DNA of 63,457 nt, filler included, from Atractiella rhizophila (GCA_021432655.1; 4 parts of 4 records of this genome joined end to end with filler, not necessarily neighbours in it); one strand, 5' to 3'; counted from the whole stretch's first letter, positions 1 through 13,465 are shown. The notes: generated from the sequence alone by a model not told the origin. Translations and numbers: made by a program.

Positions 1-970
1 TCCGACTGGAAGGAGCGCTAGGTATTTCAGGAGGAGGGGAGGGCGAATCGTTGCTATTCATCCTCGTTCGGAACCGGAACACGTCCTTCCATCCCTTCTT
101 GCCCTCCTTACTCTCCTTCCCAGCGTTCCCTCGAACCCAAGGATCGTTCCTCTGTGCCCAATTATGTCTGAAACGCTCGTATCCATCCCTGAACGCCGGC
201 GTCACTTTCGAGTTGAAGATCAACTCGCCGCGCGGATTGGCTGACGGTGGAATGGGTGCCAGTGGCACTGCTTTGGCTGGGGATCGGGGAGTGGGGGAGG
301 AAGAACGGGGTGGAGTGGTCGGTGAGGTGGGTCCCATGGGAGGCGCAGGGGCATAGAAGGATGGGAATGGGTAGAGGAGGAAGGAGAGGAAGGAACGGGA
401 GCGCTCTTGGACTGAGGCGTTGAAGTAGATGTTGAGGGGGCGGAGGGAGCGGTTGGCGGATGGGATGTAACTGTTACGCAAGATAGGTGTTGATGAGTGT
501 TTGCCAGAATTTAACTGGAACTTCAGAGTGACGTACCGGTGGGCATAAGCGATTTTATCGTTGTATAGCCCCGTGGTGAAGAAGAGGATGAGGGTGACTA
601 TGCAGATGAGCAGGGAACCGATGTAAAAGTAGTTTATGTAGAGATACTATTCACCCTCCTTCGTCAGCCGCAGTCCGAAACTTGACAGCGGACAGCGCCA
701 AATAACGTACTGGAGAAGGGTTCAAAAAGACGGTATAAGCCAAAAGGAGAATTAGGGTGATGAGGCCGTAAAGAAACGCTATGCCTCCAAGTCAGCACGA
801 TATCGATACCAACCATCAAGCGAAAGCAGACCCTCATAACGTCGACGGGTGCGCTGAAGCCCCTCCGCGACCTGCTTCAGCCGTTCTTCAAAGCGCAACA
901 GATCGACATAGGCTGCGTTCGTTGGAGCTGGAGCGAATGACTGGGGCGTATTTCGCCGCTTGGGAGGCAT
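1..970 (-). CDS. SPO7: Spo7-like protein (Nem1-Spo7 phosphatase regulatory subunit), multi-exon, 3' end outside window
   Basis: MPPKRR start at 970; DLLRFEERLKQ...RRRYE motif, two hydrophobic segments, then YIPSANRSLRPLNIYFN, matching the Spo7 family from recall. Confidence 0.8.
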
Positions 971-1688
971 CGAAGTCAGCCTCTGAGGGCAGTCAGAACT
1001 GGGCGGAGTTGGTGAATTGACAGGTGAATTGAAAAGTCGTGTGTCACCGAGGAGCGGGAACACCAACTATCAAACGCCGACGTAATCACGTGACCATCTG
1101 GTTCAGCCGTGCTTCTTCTGAGAGGAATATTTTAATATCCTCAACTTTAGGCGATGTAAACGCAGATGGCTCATGAGAGAGCCTTGATGCAACGTAATCT
1201 AGCAAAGATCTGCGTTGTGACCAAGTTTAGGGAAACCCCGTACCACCTAACTAGCTACCTACCTACCGCCAATGGGTAGCGGTCTCCAGGGGAAGATGCA
1301 ATACAAAGCATCAAGGATGAGATCGATGGAGAAGTTATAGCTAACGCACAACAGAGGGACGCTGGCGCAACATGGTAATCGATTTGACTCTTTGACCCTT
1401 GTCTTGTCATCATACGCATTCTTCCCAACAAGGGACTTAACGCACCTTCAACAAAGGCAAAGACATAAGCACCTTAGATTAGAAGGCTCCCTTGTTATCC
1501 TCCACAATAAATAGGAGCTTTCCCTGCAGTCATCTCATCAGAAACGAGCATCACACACATCCGCAACTCGTTTCTTCAGTTCAGTTCCACGGTTACAGGT
1601 TAACCGGCATATTTAGTAAAACACGCAAGCCGCATAGCACACTCGTCGTTTCGTTCTTTCACTTCCATCATATTGCATCTACAAGACC

Positions 1689-2609
1689 ATGTTTCTCAAA
1701 GCGGGTGGACTACTTTCAAGACCTTCTCTTGGCTTTATTTTCCTGAACGTCGTCAGGCTTCTCACAGTGGTGTCCATTTGCCTACTCATTGCTGCTAATA
1801 TTGTTCTACTTTCTCGGTACGTCTTATTGTCCTGCTCGTTCGAAGATCGGAACTCACGTTTCCACTTAGGAATGTCGATGGCTACAAGGCCTCGTTCAAA
1901 AATAACGATGACAATACAGCAACTAATGAGGAAACACCTGCAGAGAGTTGTGGATATGTGGCGGATACGGACGTGCCCAAGCAGGCAGGAGGAATCTTTT
2001 TCATAATCCTGACGTCCATAATCAACTGTGAGCCTTTTATGCTCTTCTCTTACAATGCCACTAAACCGGCAAAAACCAGTAATCCTTCTACTACTGTACC
2101 TTCTCTCGGAACTCGAACCGCCTCTCTCCCTCATTCAACGCCTCCTCACATCCGTCTTCCCACCCATCTTCTTCTCTCCCTCCCTCTCACTCACCTTCCC
2201 CGGCCTCCTCCTCCTCTGCCTCACATCCAACATGCTCTCCCACGCCATGCCCACATCCACCGAATTCTTCCCCCTCTTCGCCTCCTGGTTCGCCTTCGTC
2301 CTCGGAGGCATAAACCTACTCATCCTCGGCCTCCTCCCCTTCTGCCTAGGGTACGACGTCCGCTCCGCCCGTGCCATATTCACCTTCGGAGGCTCGAAGA
2401 AGGGTGCAGAAGGCTTGCCCACACCCGCGTCCGCGTCGTTTAGGGAGAAGAACGACGATATCGAGAGCCGCATCAGTGGCAGTTTGAGGAGCTTCAAAAC
2501 TAGTATCCGGGATGAGAAGCCAAAGGTTATCAATATTTCGAGACCTGTACCCGCCGCTGGCGAGGACACGCCGACTGGCTTCGTCCTACCCGCTTATCAA
2601 GGCAGGTAA
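1689..2609 (+). CDS. Fungal multi-pass membrane protein of unknown function (2 introns likely)
   Basis: ORF segments 1689-1817, ~1871-2026 and ~2080-2609 join across GT-AG introns; several hydrophobic helices (FLNVVRLLTVVSICLLIAANIVLL; WFAFVLGGINLLILG). Confidence 0.7.
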
Positions 2610-3121
2610 ACGTGTGGCTCATGGACTTTCGCTTTCCATCACAATGTAGATTGTATACTATGTGCGAGCGCTTGGTCGCCATGTTAATAATACATCCTGT
2701 CGTTCCTCCTCCACGTAGTGACTAAAAGAGAAATGAGAAAGACAACCGGGTTGAGATTGAAATTGGCCCTCAGCAGTGATGGGGCAAACTGGATGAATGT
2801 AGCTTGCATGCAAATAGAGTAGACGTGAGCACATGAAGCTACTTCAGGAAAAGCTGAAAGGCAGGTCCGCCATAGTTGTAGAAGCTGCATCGTGAGCCTA
2901 ATTAGTCTTTTTAGATTGATTGATACTTGAGAATTTCCAATGCAATGATATGAACAAGAACAAGTCCCTACAAGGTCGCAACAGCAACATTGCCATTGCA
3001 AGTGACTAGCAGATATGAATTCCATATAATCAGATTGGTATAAATAAACCCCTCCTCTTGACGACTCATTTCAACAAGAAGTAGACTCACCATCCTGCAC
3101 TGCTAACACATGACCATTCTC

Positions 3122-3492
3122 TCATGTCTCAGCTTTCTTCCTGCCCGTCTGCCGCACTTTCACCTCCTCCTTCAATTTCCCAATCAGCCACTCCTGATCG
3201 CGCAAGCTCAGTTCTCCACCATCCATGAGCTCCACCTCCTTCCTCGCTTTCGCCAGACAATCCCTCAAGATGGTTGCCTTCACTCCACCATCTCGGATCA
3301 GCTACAATCCACCACTCCGAATACAAAGGCGCGAAATTGTACCTGCTGAGCGATTTCCAATTTCGATTCATCGGTGCATTGAGATACAGACAACGCGAGC
3401 TTGAGAGCTTGAGGAAGGAGGGAATGAAAGAGGCTGAGTGTCAGAGTGTGCGCCATTTCTGGCTCTGGAACGCCAGGGTCATCGTCAAACAT
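3122..3492 (-). CDS. Mediator subunit Med9-like small coiled-coil protein
   Basis: Spliced reading MFDDD...LEIAQQ|ATILRDCLAKARKEVELMDGGELSLRDQEWLIGKLKEE resembles the Med9/CSE2 pattern (LpGge.s..eQ...I..Lke); recognised by eye only. Confidence 0.55.
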
Positions 3493-3631
3493 AGCGTCAG
3501 CTCTCAATCAGGTATCGTGCCAGGAACTTCGGATGATTAGCTCTTCAGATGGTGGACAAACTTCTTCCACTGCTTCCTCCAGCTGGGATCCTTCCCGCCG
3601 GATCTCAGTTGTAGTCTCGATTTGTTGAACC

Positions 3632-3641
3632 AAAAATTTTC
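3632..3641. promoter_or_regulatory. RRPE-like motif (AAAAATTTTC) upstream of RRP9
   Basis: Matches the yeast ribosomal RNA processing element core, ~50 nt upstream of a ribosome-biogenesis gene; function in basidiomycetes not established. Confidence 0.25.
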
Positions 3642-3687
3642 TGAGATTCTGCCTGGAAATTTGGCTTCAGCAAAGAAACGGAGGGAA

Positions 3688-5463
3688 ATGGCACCCAAAT
3701 CACTCATCAAGAAACGCAAGCGCGCGGACTCTATCTCTGACGACTTCGATTCAGACGTCGAAGTTGGACAGGACGCTCGAAGCGATGTTTCATCAGAAAG
3801 AGAGGATGAGCAGGAGACACGGGCTCAGAAGAGGGTACGGCTAGCGAAGGCGTATCTCGAGGACTTGAAGGAGCGGCAGAGGGGCAGGGATGAGGTTGAT
3901 GCTGGAGAAATTGATAGGGAGATCATTGAGGATAGACTGAGAAAGGATGCTGTATGCTTTCCCTCTGTTTTGAAACTGTGGAAGAGGTGTTGAGAAGTAG
4001 AATAGCTGCAAGAGAGTGAAAATTTCCACAATTTTGTTGCCGAGTCGGTACAGTTCTTCCCTCACCAAATGGAAGCCTAGCACTGAAAGAAAGCAATCTA
4101 GCTGATTCTGAAATCCATCCATACTACGCCGCGCAATAAAACCCATCGTCTGCCCGTTACGTATGCCTCCTGTTCACCAACACTATCGCACATTTACACC
4201 AGTTCAAAGGAGGGCACCATAATCAAATGGTCGCTCTCTCAAATTCCCACCAACGACCAAACTGGTCTCACGGGACGCATTACCTACATCGCTAAATCGA
4301 GGTCGCAGCCGAAGAAGGAAGGGAAAGGTGTGACGCAGAGAGGGAAGGTGTCGAACCACCATGGAGAGATACTCACCCTGGCTGTGAGCGAAGACGGGAG
4401 GAGGGTTGTGAGCGGTGGAAGGGATAATGTCATTGGGTTGTGGGATGTGGAGGGAGAGAAGTTAGAGTGGATCACGGGAAATAAAGCTCACCGGGATGCT
4501 GTCACTGTCTGTCTTTATTCTCTCGCCCTCCGCTTGCATTACAGGCTCATCGCTTTATGCCTCGTCCTTTGTAGGCGATCTCGATCCGTCCCGTCAACAA
4601 CCAGGTCTATACCGCCTCTCTCGACCGATCAATCAAGCTCTTCTCCCTCGAGTCCCTGGCACTCATCGACACTTTATTGGGCCACCAAGATCATGTCCTC
4701 GACCTTGCACTCCTTCGAGGAGAGAATGCAGTGACGGTTGGAGCGCGAGATCGTACTGCAAGGTATTACAAGGTTACCGAAGAAACTGCTCTTGTATTCC
4801 GTGGTGGAGGGGAGGGAAAGAAAGGTGACAATGCGGAGAGGTATACTGAGGGTAGCTTAGAATGTTGTGCCATGATCGATAGGCAGAGCTTCCTCACAGG
4901 TGGGGACAGTGGGTATGTGTTCCCGTTATTGATTGCCTCAGGAAACCGTACTGAACTAAAACATAGCACAATATCTCTCTGGCATGTCTCAAGGAAGAAA
5001 CCTATATTCAGCCATGCCCTAGCTCATGGAGTAGAAGAGAGCGTGGCTGAAGATGGAAGCGTGAGTAAAAATCCGCGCTGGATCACCTCCATTGCGTGCC
5101 TCAAATATGGTGATGTTTTCGCTACCGGTCCGTCGCCTCCTCTACGCAACTAGGTCTGGACTAACTTTGGCGGACCTAGGTTCATGGGACGGCCACATCC
5201 GTCTCTGGCGTCTTGAACATAATCTCAAATCTTTCTCTCCACTGTTCTCTTTACCCGTCATTGGAGTCGTGAATTCCCTTCAAATCTTGACGGCACCGAT
5301 TATGGGAAGGAAGAAGGGAATCGAGGAACAAGAGGACGTGGTTGTCGTTGCTGGGGTTGGACAGGAACATCGGCTGGGAAGGTGGATGAGGAAGAGGGAG
5401 GGAAAGAATGGCGCCGTTGTCGCTGTACTAACACAGAAAAAGGAAGAAGCAATGGAGACTTGA
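3688..5463 (+). CDS. RRP9: U3 snoRNP-associated WD40 protein Rrp9, multi-exon
   Basis: ETRAQKRVRLAKAYLE, D..II.DRL, WD repeats (GHQDHV, TVGARDRTARYYKV.EET.LVFRG), PRWITSIA, GQEHRLGRW signature. Confidence 0.93.
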
Positions 5464-5524
5464 TGGTTTGAACGCAACCAAACTAAAGTACAAAAAGTAC
5501 AAAATCAGTGGCAACAAAGGAGTG

Positions 5525-6653
5525 TCAGTAAACCTCCACTATCCGTTCCTGCTTGTCCTTCTCCAATGCCTCCTTTATTACTGCATCCAGTTCTTTCACT
5601 TTCCTCGCTGCAATATCGATGGCCTTAAATATCTCCCTCATTTCTAACGGCGTGCCTCCAGCCTTGTTCAGGACACAGACTTCGCGTTGTGCGTTTAAAG
5701 TGAGGATGAGAGAGCCTGTTGAGAGTTGGGTTTCTAGGTGTGTTGGATCGAGTACGAAAGAGTCCCTGATGCACAAGGGTGAGCACCGGATATGGTAAGT
5801 GGGAGAGCAGGAGGGAAAACGTACGTATTCGGGAAGAAGGCGAAGCTGATGCAAAGAGGGATATGATGGATGGCAATCGGCACAAGGACACGTTCGTCTT
5901 CCGTGTACTTCCAATCCCACATCAAATTCACGAATATCTAAAACAAGAAAAATGGAAAGAACATACAATGGTAACTTCCTCCCCTTCGACTGAAACATCT
6001 GGTTTCCGAAAATGCTTCAAAGCGGTTATTGCAGCTATACAAGCACAGTCGACAAGATTTCCATCATCGTTTAAAAAGTGAATGTCGACGCGTAGCTGCC
6101 AAACCTATCTGACACAGATCAGTCATTGCGTCACAGAACTAAGAGTATGAGGGTGAAGCACACCTTCTGTCCTGCAACGATGCAAAGGGATTCACGATCC
6201 ACTGCCCCACTTCGACGTATGGCCTTTTCGAGTGAACGCGAAATTTGAATCTCCTCTTCCGATGGTCTGCGAATAGAAGGTCACTGATGATGCGAAAATG
6301 TGAAAATAAAAGCATGCCGGAGGGTGTCGAAGTTGGACGCTGCTAACGCGTTAAGTTCCGATGTCAAAATAAGGAATCCCTCGAAGGGACGATCCGCTGA
6401 AGGTTTCACAACGCTTGCAGAGACTTGAGCTACTGCTCTACAAATGTAAAGCTTTCTCAACTCGATTCAATGGAGAAGATTGAGCTCACACCGTATCACC
6501 TAGACAGCACTTGACCCATCCTAGTTGTTCTGCAAAGGTAATATGTACGTCCCTAAACTCATGAAGCCCCCTCTTACCCAACCTCTTTCCCTCTTTCAGA
6601 CCTCCCAGCACAAATTCTGTCTCGATCAGCGAAGGCTCGACTTCCTTAGGCAT
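5525..6653 (-). CDS. RRP45: Exosome complex RNase PH subunit Rrp45, multi-exon
   Basis: MPKEVEPS..E..F, KP..DRPFEG, LEKAIRRSGAVDRESLCIVAGQKVWQLRVDIHF, ALKHFRKPD, DPT.LE motifs. Confidence 0.93.
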
Positions 6654-6946
6654 GGTCGCATTCGTGGATGAAACATAGTTTCCAGATAAAGTTTGTGTTG
6701 TACACGAAGGCACAGGAACAAAAAAACAAAAGCCACTGACAGGAGAGGTCGTTGTTTGGGAGATTTAGGACTCGGTAAGGTGAGCTGTTACTTCGAGATA
6801 GAGGGTGTGTGGTTCTGATCGCGGCTTTCTCTGCCTCTTTTCTTTCTTTCCGCGCCGTCGTTTTGTCCCTTCACTTTACTCTTGATTTCACGTCTTCGGT
6901 GCTGGCTGAATCCTCGTCTGTCTGATCTGAAGATTAGAAGAGCATC

Positions 6947-7873
6947 ATGGCTACCCTCACGACGTGAGTGTCCTTTCTCTAGTTTTGGATATCTCGCTGA
7001 AAAATGACTGAAAATACAGCGATATTCAAACTGAGAAGGTACGCTTCATTTTATGTTTCCGTATTTCCTGCTGATCGTGGAATTGCAGGCTTTCCAAAAG
7101 CAACCCATCTTCCTAAAGTGAGTTTCGACCTCAGGATTTGGATGAGTGGAGATGAATGAGTTATGGCAGTGCGAAGGTGAAGGCTGGTGTGAAGAAAGTA
7201 GGAACAAAGGACAGGCGGTGGTACAAGGATGTTGGACTGGGATTTAAGACCCCACGTACCGCCATCGAGGGCAATTACATCGACAAAAAGTGCCCCTTCA
7301 CCAGCACAGTATGCCCCTGCCCTCACATTAATCGATTTAGACTCTTCTCATCGCTGCGTGGTTAGGTTTCGATTAGGGGTAGAATCTTGACTGGCAAGGT
7401 CGTCTCGACGAAGATGACAAGGACTATCATTATCCGTCGAGAATATCTTCACTTCGTCCCTAAATACCAGTGCGTGCTTCCATGATTCGTGTCGGAAAGG
7501 GCTTGTGTTAAGGTAGATAAATGCAGGCGCTACGAGAAGCGACACAAGAACCTTGCCGCTCACTGCTCTCCCGCTTTCCGTGTCAACGTGTGTCTCGTTG
7601 CGCTTTCGGTCAGACGTGAAAAACTGACAAAGAGATCGCAGCTCGGTGACACAGTAACAGTGGGCCAGTGCCGTCCACTTTCGAAGGTGCGTCTTTCCTG
7701 TTACCGTAGCGCAATCTTTCGAGCTAAGAACATGGACTGCATAGACCGTTCGCTTCAACGTTCTCCGTGTCTCTTCGTCCAAATCTCAGCAGAAGATGGC
7801 TAAGCAGGTGCGTCTTTCACTTGGTCTCTATTGGGGAACAAGACTCAGTCTTCTGCAGTTCGGTAAATTTTAA
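6947..7873 (+). CDS. RPS11: 40S ribosomal protein S11 (uS17), 9 exons
   Basis: Exons join to [14 protein letters not shown]...[13 protein letters not shown]...YIDKKCPFT...[17 protein letters not shown]...[14 protein letters not shown]...FGKF*. Confidence 0.96.
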
Positions 7874-8793
7874 GGCTTCGAATCGACCGGTTCTCATGCG
7901 CACTGTTTTTTTTATGCTCTCATGCAATCTACATCCGTTCAAGCCTAGCTATCGCCACTTATGCCTCCTAAATTGTGAAAAGCACCTTCATTAGCCTGTG
8001 GTTTCATTGGCTTGAAAGTACGGCGCATACGAATCAGTATTCCTCCATCATAAATTGTAAATATGCAAGCCCGAATCTGTCGTAACGTCCAAAAGTTGCA
8101 AGTGCGTGGCAGGCGAGCTGTTGTGCACATACTGTATTACGTATCACCATATGCTCGCGCGTCGCTGCATTCGCATTCCGAGTCATAATTGGCGGCTTGT
8201 AGCTCATAAAAGGCAGCAGCGCTTGGTTGTCCCTTCGTCTTCAGTAGTACGCTTGTCCTGGGTCGATGGAGAAAAAGTTGTAACGGTGATGCAAAAGAAA
8301 TGAAATGGGACAGAGACTTGAAGTGAACGAGCACAAGGAGTGAGGTGAGAGCTCCATATTTCAGAAGTAAAGGTCTCGAACGCTGCTCATCGAGAGCTCG
8401 TCCTTATTGCCGTTGGGCATGTTCTTTTTGGAGTTCGGCTCGATCCAATTATTTGGGAGAGCATGCTCTCCTCGCTTGGCTCAGAGTGTGAACAACAGCG
8501 ACATGGAAAATGCCTGTCCACACATGGGGAAGTATCAATGTCGTGTCTCTGCTCGAAGCTCGATGAATCGATTATTTAAAGGCGGCGTGTAAGCCCCGCC
8601 ATGCCCATACCCAAAAGCTCTGACAGCACAGCGGAACAAATGTGCCGTCATCAGACTCAGTTCTCCCACCTTGGCATCATTGCATGTCGTACCTAACCGA
8701 CATATGATGTTGAGGGAAAGGGAACGTACCAATTGGGCACAGCTACCGACCTTTCTTGTCATGTGTTAGCTTGATTGCTATTCAATACGCAGA

Positions 8794-8980
8794 GATAAGG
8801 CTAAGTGCCCGCAGGTTATCAGTTCCCGCATGGTCCAGCGGTTGAGCTGAGGAAAAAGCATGCAAAATAAATCGAGACAGCATCGTGAGAGCAGATCAAT
8901 CTCCCGAATACAGCCTTATCGCGTCTTCATCACGCAACGATGATCTGTCGCTGCAATGAAAGCGCAGAACTGGTTATAAA
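8794..8980 (+). promoter_or_regulatory. Putative PTR2 promoter: GATA sites (8794, 8816, 8915) and TATAAA (8975)
   Basis: GATAAG/TTATC/CTTATC cluster and a TATA box ~125 nt upstream of the ATG; peptide transporters are commonly under AreA/GATA nitrogen control. Confidence 0.3.
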
Positions 8981-9099
8981 ACTCTTCCCATCCAACTCTT
9001 TTACCTTCTCGGAGCCTTTAACTGTGGTTTAGCTCTTGTGAACTGTTTTGGGGTTCCTCCTTGCTTCCTCCTTCTTTTGATTCTCAGTGAGAAGCAACG

Positions 9100-11751
9100 A
9101 TGACTTACGCCGAAATAAATATCGATCATGAGGCAGGTAGACCTGGTATAGTCTAATTTCTCTCACGAGAGTGGCATTGAGCTTTGGATGCGTTGACTAG
9201 ATCCTGAAGGCTTGCCTGCTGCTGAAAGTGCAGCTGCATTTCGGGAAGACAAGAAGGTACGTCAAACACTCAACTTTGGAACTCAGTTAAGGCTCGAATA
9301 TTTCATTCAGTTTTCCAACGACCTTGAGAGAAGTGTATCTGCGAAGGAGATTGAGGTTCGACAGGCTAATAATGATGAGGATGGAAGAGAGCCCACTGTC
9401 GAAGAGAAGGCAACTTTGCGGAAAGTAGCCGCAGGCGAGTTTGACTCTTCTACATCTGTGGAATGCGTCTCACAATGATTTTCAGGCATGCCTGTGGTTG
9501 GATTAGTGATGTGCTTTATCGAGCTTGCTGAGCGTGCTTCTTACTATGTAAGTTGCCCACAAAAACGTATCGATCACGTGGCTAAATGTCAAAAGGGTTC
9601 AAATGGCCCATTTTCCAACTTCATCCAATTTCCCTTGCCGGAGGGAGGAAATGGAGCTGGAGCTGTAGCCCCTGGTAAGTCTAAGTTGAAATTACTAGGC
9701 GGTGTGTTGAGCGTTAATGTGAGTGTCTAGGTTCTGCGGGTAAAAATCAGCATGCTGGTGCTCTTGATCAAGGGCTGCAAGCTGCTAACGCGCTTACACT
9801 TCTCTTCACCTTCCTCGCTTATACTATACCTATCTATGAAAGTATTTTCTCTTTGCAGTGGCATTCGCTTACCAGCTCAACAGGGAGGTATTGTTGCAGA
9901 TACCAAATGGGGAAGGTAGGCCGTCACATCGCCGAGCTTCTCCACTAACAAGATCTCAGGTTCAAGACTATCTGCGTTGGCACAGCGGTTGGTGCTATTG
10001 CACACGTTCTCTTGGTCATTCCTGCGATTCCGAGTGTTATTGCGAGCGGAAATGCTTTGGCTCCATTTATTATCGCCCTTCTGATCCTCGCCTTCGCTGC
10101 AGGTTTAACCTTCTTTTCGTTCATCAATCGACACAATAACTCACGAAGGAATTGACAGGATTCGTCAAGCCTTCATTGGGACCTCTTCTCTGTGATCAAT
10201 GTCCCATTGACAAACAACAAATCAAGACCCTCAGTACCGGAGAGAGAGTTATACTCGACCCTGAAATGACCATACAAAAGTACCTCACCAACTTCTACTG
10301 GTTAGTCTTTATTTTGCCTTTGGTGTTTAGAGTAATAATCTGTAACAACAGGGCTATCAACATCGGGGCATTTTTCTCTGTAGCAACGTCCTATTCTGAA
10401 CGTTATGTCGGTTTCTGGCTGGCCTACTTGCTTCCAGGAATCGTATATATGATCATGCCTGTAGCTCTCTGGTGGTGCCACAGTAGGCTGAGGAAGTTTC
10501 CTCCTCAAGGATCCATGTTTTTGGAAGGTAGCAAAGTTATTGCTGCTTGTTACAAGAACGGAGGATGGAAGCGAGCGTTCAAAGGAGGCGACGCTTTTTG
10601 GGTACTCTTTCTTTCATCAGTCACCGCAATTGCTCATCGTCTGGGTTCAAGGACCAAGCAAAACCGTCTACTCAGGCTGTGAATGGAGTTTCTGCAAAAT
10701 CCAGCTGGGATGATCTCTTCGTGGACGAAGTGCGTAGATCAGTTAAAGCGTGTTATATTTTCTTCTTGATCCCGTGCGTGCATTTTATCTTTGAATGTAT
10801 GGACAAACTGACCATAAAACAGTATCTTCAACGTGTACGTTTTTAACGCGATAAACTTCTGTCTATTCAACTACTATTGGCAGCGCGGATGGAGGTTTCG
10901 GTAGTGTGCAAAATTCTCAGGCGGCTTCGTTGACTGCCAACGGTGTTCCCAACGACGTTATATCCAACTTTAACCCTCTCACCATTATAGTAAGTCGATC
11001 CATAGTGCCCAACAGAGTAAAGCACACGATTCATGCTGCATGCCTAGGTTGCCGCCCCACTTCTCAACTACGTTATTTACCCTTTTCTTCGGAAGCACGG
11101 CCTTATGCCAGGAGCGATTCCCAGAATCGCTTTTGGATTCTTCCTTGCTTCTCTCACCATGGTATGCCTGATTGACTCACCCATCACGCTGCTTCACTCA
11201 TTCCGCACACTTCAGGTCGCTGGTGCCATCCTCCAATGGCAGGTTTACGAACAATCTCCTTGCGGATACCACAGCACGGATTGCGATGAAGTGGCCCCCA
11301 TCTCCCTTTGGGCACAGATCCCGTTATATTCCATTCCGGCCATTGCTGAACTGTTCGTCAATGTGAGACACAGTCCCTTACACGGCTTGAAATGCTGACG
11401 ATTACAATCTAGGTAACATCGTACGAGATTGCCTATACTCGCGCACCAGCGAAGATGAAGGGACTTGTCTACGGAATCTGCCTCTTTTCTTCTGCATTGT
11501 CCTCAGCGTTCCTTCAGATCGTCAATCCCTTCATGAAGGATCCTGATCTCATTTGGCCATTCGTTGCGGCTGCCGTCGCCAATTTCCTGGTCGCCATTGC
11601 TCTTCCTTTCATCTTCTCGGATACCAGGAAGGAGCTCGTCAACCTCGACCTCAGCCACAGCCGAATGGACAAAGTCGAGACCGAGTCTGTAGAGGAGAAA
11701 GTGCTCACTGATCGAGCTTCCTTGTATGAGGAGAAGCACGAGAAGAACTAG
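9100..11751 (+). CDS. PTR2: POT/PTR family di/tripeptide transporter, highly spliced
   Basis: IELAERASYYG (ExxERFxYYG motif), ADTKWGR, FYWAINIGAF, GVPND..NFNPLTII, SYEIAYTRAPAKMKG. Confidence 0.92.
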
Positions 11752-12090
11752 GTGGAAGGACAGAAAGGCTGAGAATGCATTTTCATGATCGCGACGTCCA
11801 TGTTTCTATTCGTGATCAGTAATGAGGGCTTAAATATACGGTGATGTGGTGTTGTGCTTCACTTGGCTTCAGAACATAGTTATGGGTTGTTCTTATCTAG
11901 AAATCGCAAGCATTAACTTTCAATTATCAACTTCGAGTCTACGATCCTCGCTCTGCATCCTAATGCCTCCTCTGGAGACGCCACTTACGAAACATATTTC
12001 AGAAATAAACAAATCATTACAGAAAGTATTCTAAGCCTGCACACGCAAGATCAATCCATTAGAACCGAGTCTGAGAGCAAAAGCATACAA

Positions 12091-13101
12091 TCAAAATAGT
12101 TCATGTGTTCTAGCTGGCACAGCTTTGCCATTGAGGATGAAGACCTTCAAAGCAGGAGGTAAAGCGCCTTGACGATAAGGGTTCCATCCGTCAGCGGCAC
12201 GATTGATCTCTAATCTCTTCAAGTTCTTGATCTCTCCCAAACGAAGTCGGTAAAAGAAAGGATCGGGATGATATCTATGACTGTCTATGGTTAGGAGTTC
12301 GAGATGGTCCCATCCTCCCTCGTTGAAAAGGCCGATGAGCATCTTTCCGGCATGAGGAAACTCAATGTTTTCTAGGAAAAGCTTCTCGAGACTCTCTTTG
12401 TAAGCGACCACGAATTCTTGTAAAGCATGAGCGACGTATGGCGCGACGTCGTGGGTCCATTCGAAGGAGACACGAACTACCTTGAGCTTCTGGGAGGATG
12501 AGGGAACACGAAGTTCGTCTCCCGAACCGAAAAGCATTTGCTCCAGTGCGGGCTGCACTATTCGAGTCTTCTCGGCGACGAGGCAGCGGACGCCGGGTAG
12601 GAAAGAAAGAGCGTAATTGATGAAGGCTGGAGACCACTGACGGGTGGTGAGCGTCGTGAGCAAGCTGAAGGAATGTCCCCCGCCGACCGCTCTGGCAAGG
12701 AGACCACATAGGGCTACGGGCTGGCCGTGGAGGGAGAGGGAGGAGAGGCTGGGGAAGGAGGTGAGAATGGAATGAACTGGATCAGAAACTGGAGATGATG
12801 GCGCCGACAAGTCCAGTGCTCCCCAGACGCCGGTGAAGGAGATTACGAGATGTTTGACGTAGTCCTGGTTCGCTTCCCAAAACTCACTGTGCTTGCCTAG
12901 CAAACGTCTCGCATGACCCTTGGATCGCAGGATGAGTGTTCGCCCCAGCGCAATACCTGAGACAAAGTTCCATTCCCTAGACACTCGGAAGCAGGCGTAA
13001 AGATCATCGTGGGAAACATAGGAGAAGATGAGAAGGAGGACATCCGGTATCAGTGGGCGAGGAGAGGTGCGAGTGGACTCCATATCGATAGACAACTGCA
13101 T
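12091..13101 (-). CDS. F-box domain protein with LRR-like C-terminus, apparently intronless
   Basis: Long open ORF; LIPDVLLLIFSYV..DDLYACFRVSREW F-box consensus followed by FPSLSSLSL-type repeats; start codon uncertain. Confidence 0.75.
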   Translation of the reverse strand: MQLSIDMESTRTSPRPLIPDVLLLIFSYVSHDDLYACFRVSREWNFVSGIALGRTLILRSKGHARRLLGKHSEFWEANQDYVKHLVISFTGVWGALDLSAPSSPVSDPVHSILTSFPSLSSLSLHGQPVALCGLLARAVGGGHSFSLLTTLTTRQWSPAFINYALSFLPGVRCLVAEKTRIVQPALEQMLFGSGDELRVPSSSQKLKVVRVSFEWTHDVAPYVAHALQEFVVAYKESLEKLFLENIEFPHAGKMLIGLFNEGGWDHLELLTIDSHRYHPDPFFYRLRLGEIKNLKRLEINRAADGWNPYRQGALPPALKVFILNGKAVPARTHELF

Positions 13102-13465
13102 ATTTCCTAGCCGTAAGTGAGGGTTTAGATTAAACAGGAGTGAAATGACAGGAAGATGAGGTATATAGGAAGGGGAAAACAACTGAAGGTAGAGGCACAG
13201 ATGGAAAACAGAAGTGTGGCAAGTAACGCATCTGGGCTCGCACCTTTCTTATCACAGTAGCCCATTTAAGGACCGCGGAATGCAGATCGCGGAGAGCAGA
13301 TCTCGGAGGAGAGTGAGATCCAGGGGCGGATCCTGATGGTGATGAGGTGGAAGGTAGATACAGAAACAGGGGCCGGAGTGTAATCTGAGATTACGGAGTG
13401 ACGGATGAAGTGGGAGAAAATCGAAGCAAGTGTTGGGCAAACTGCAAATCATTATGTACAACGCT

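Noticed and set aside
1086..1093. TCACGTGA E-box between SPO7 and the next gene
   Set aside because: Single 8-mer with no supporting conservation data
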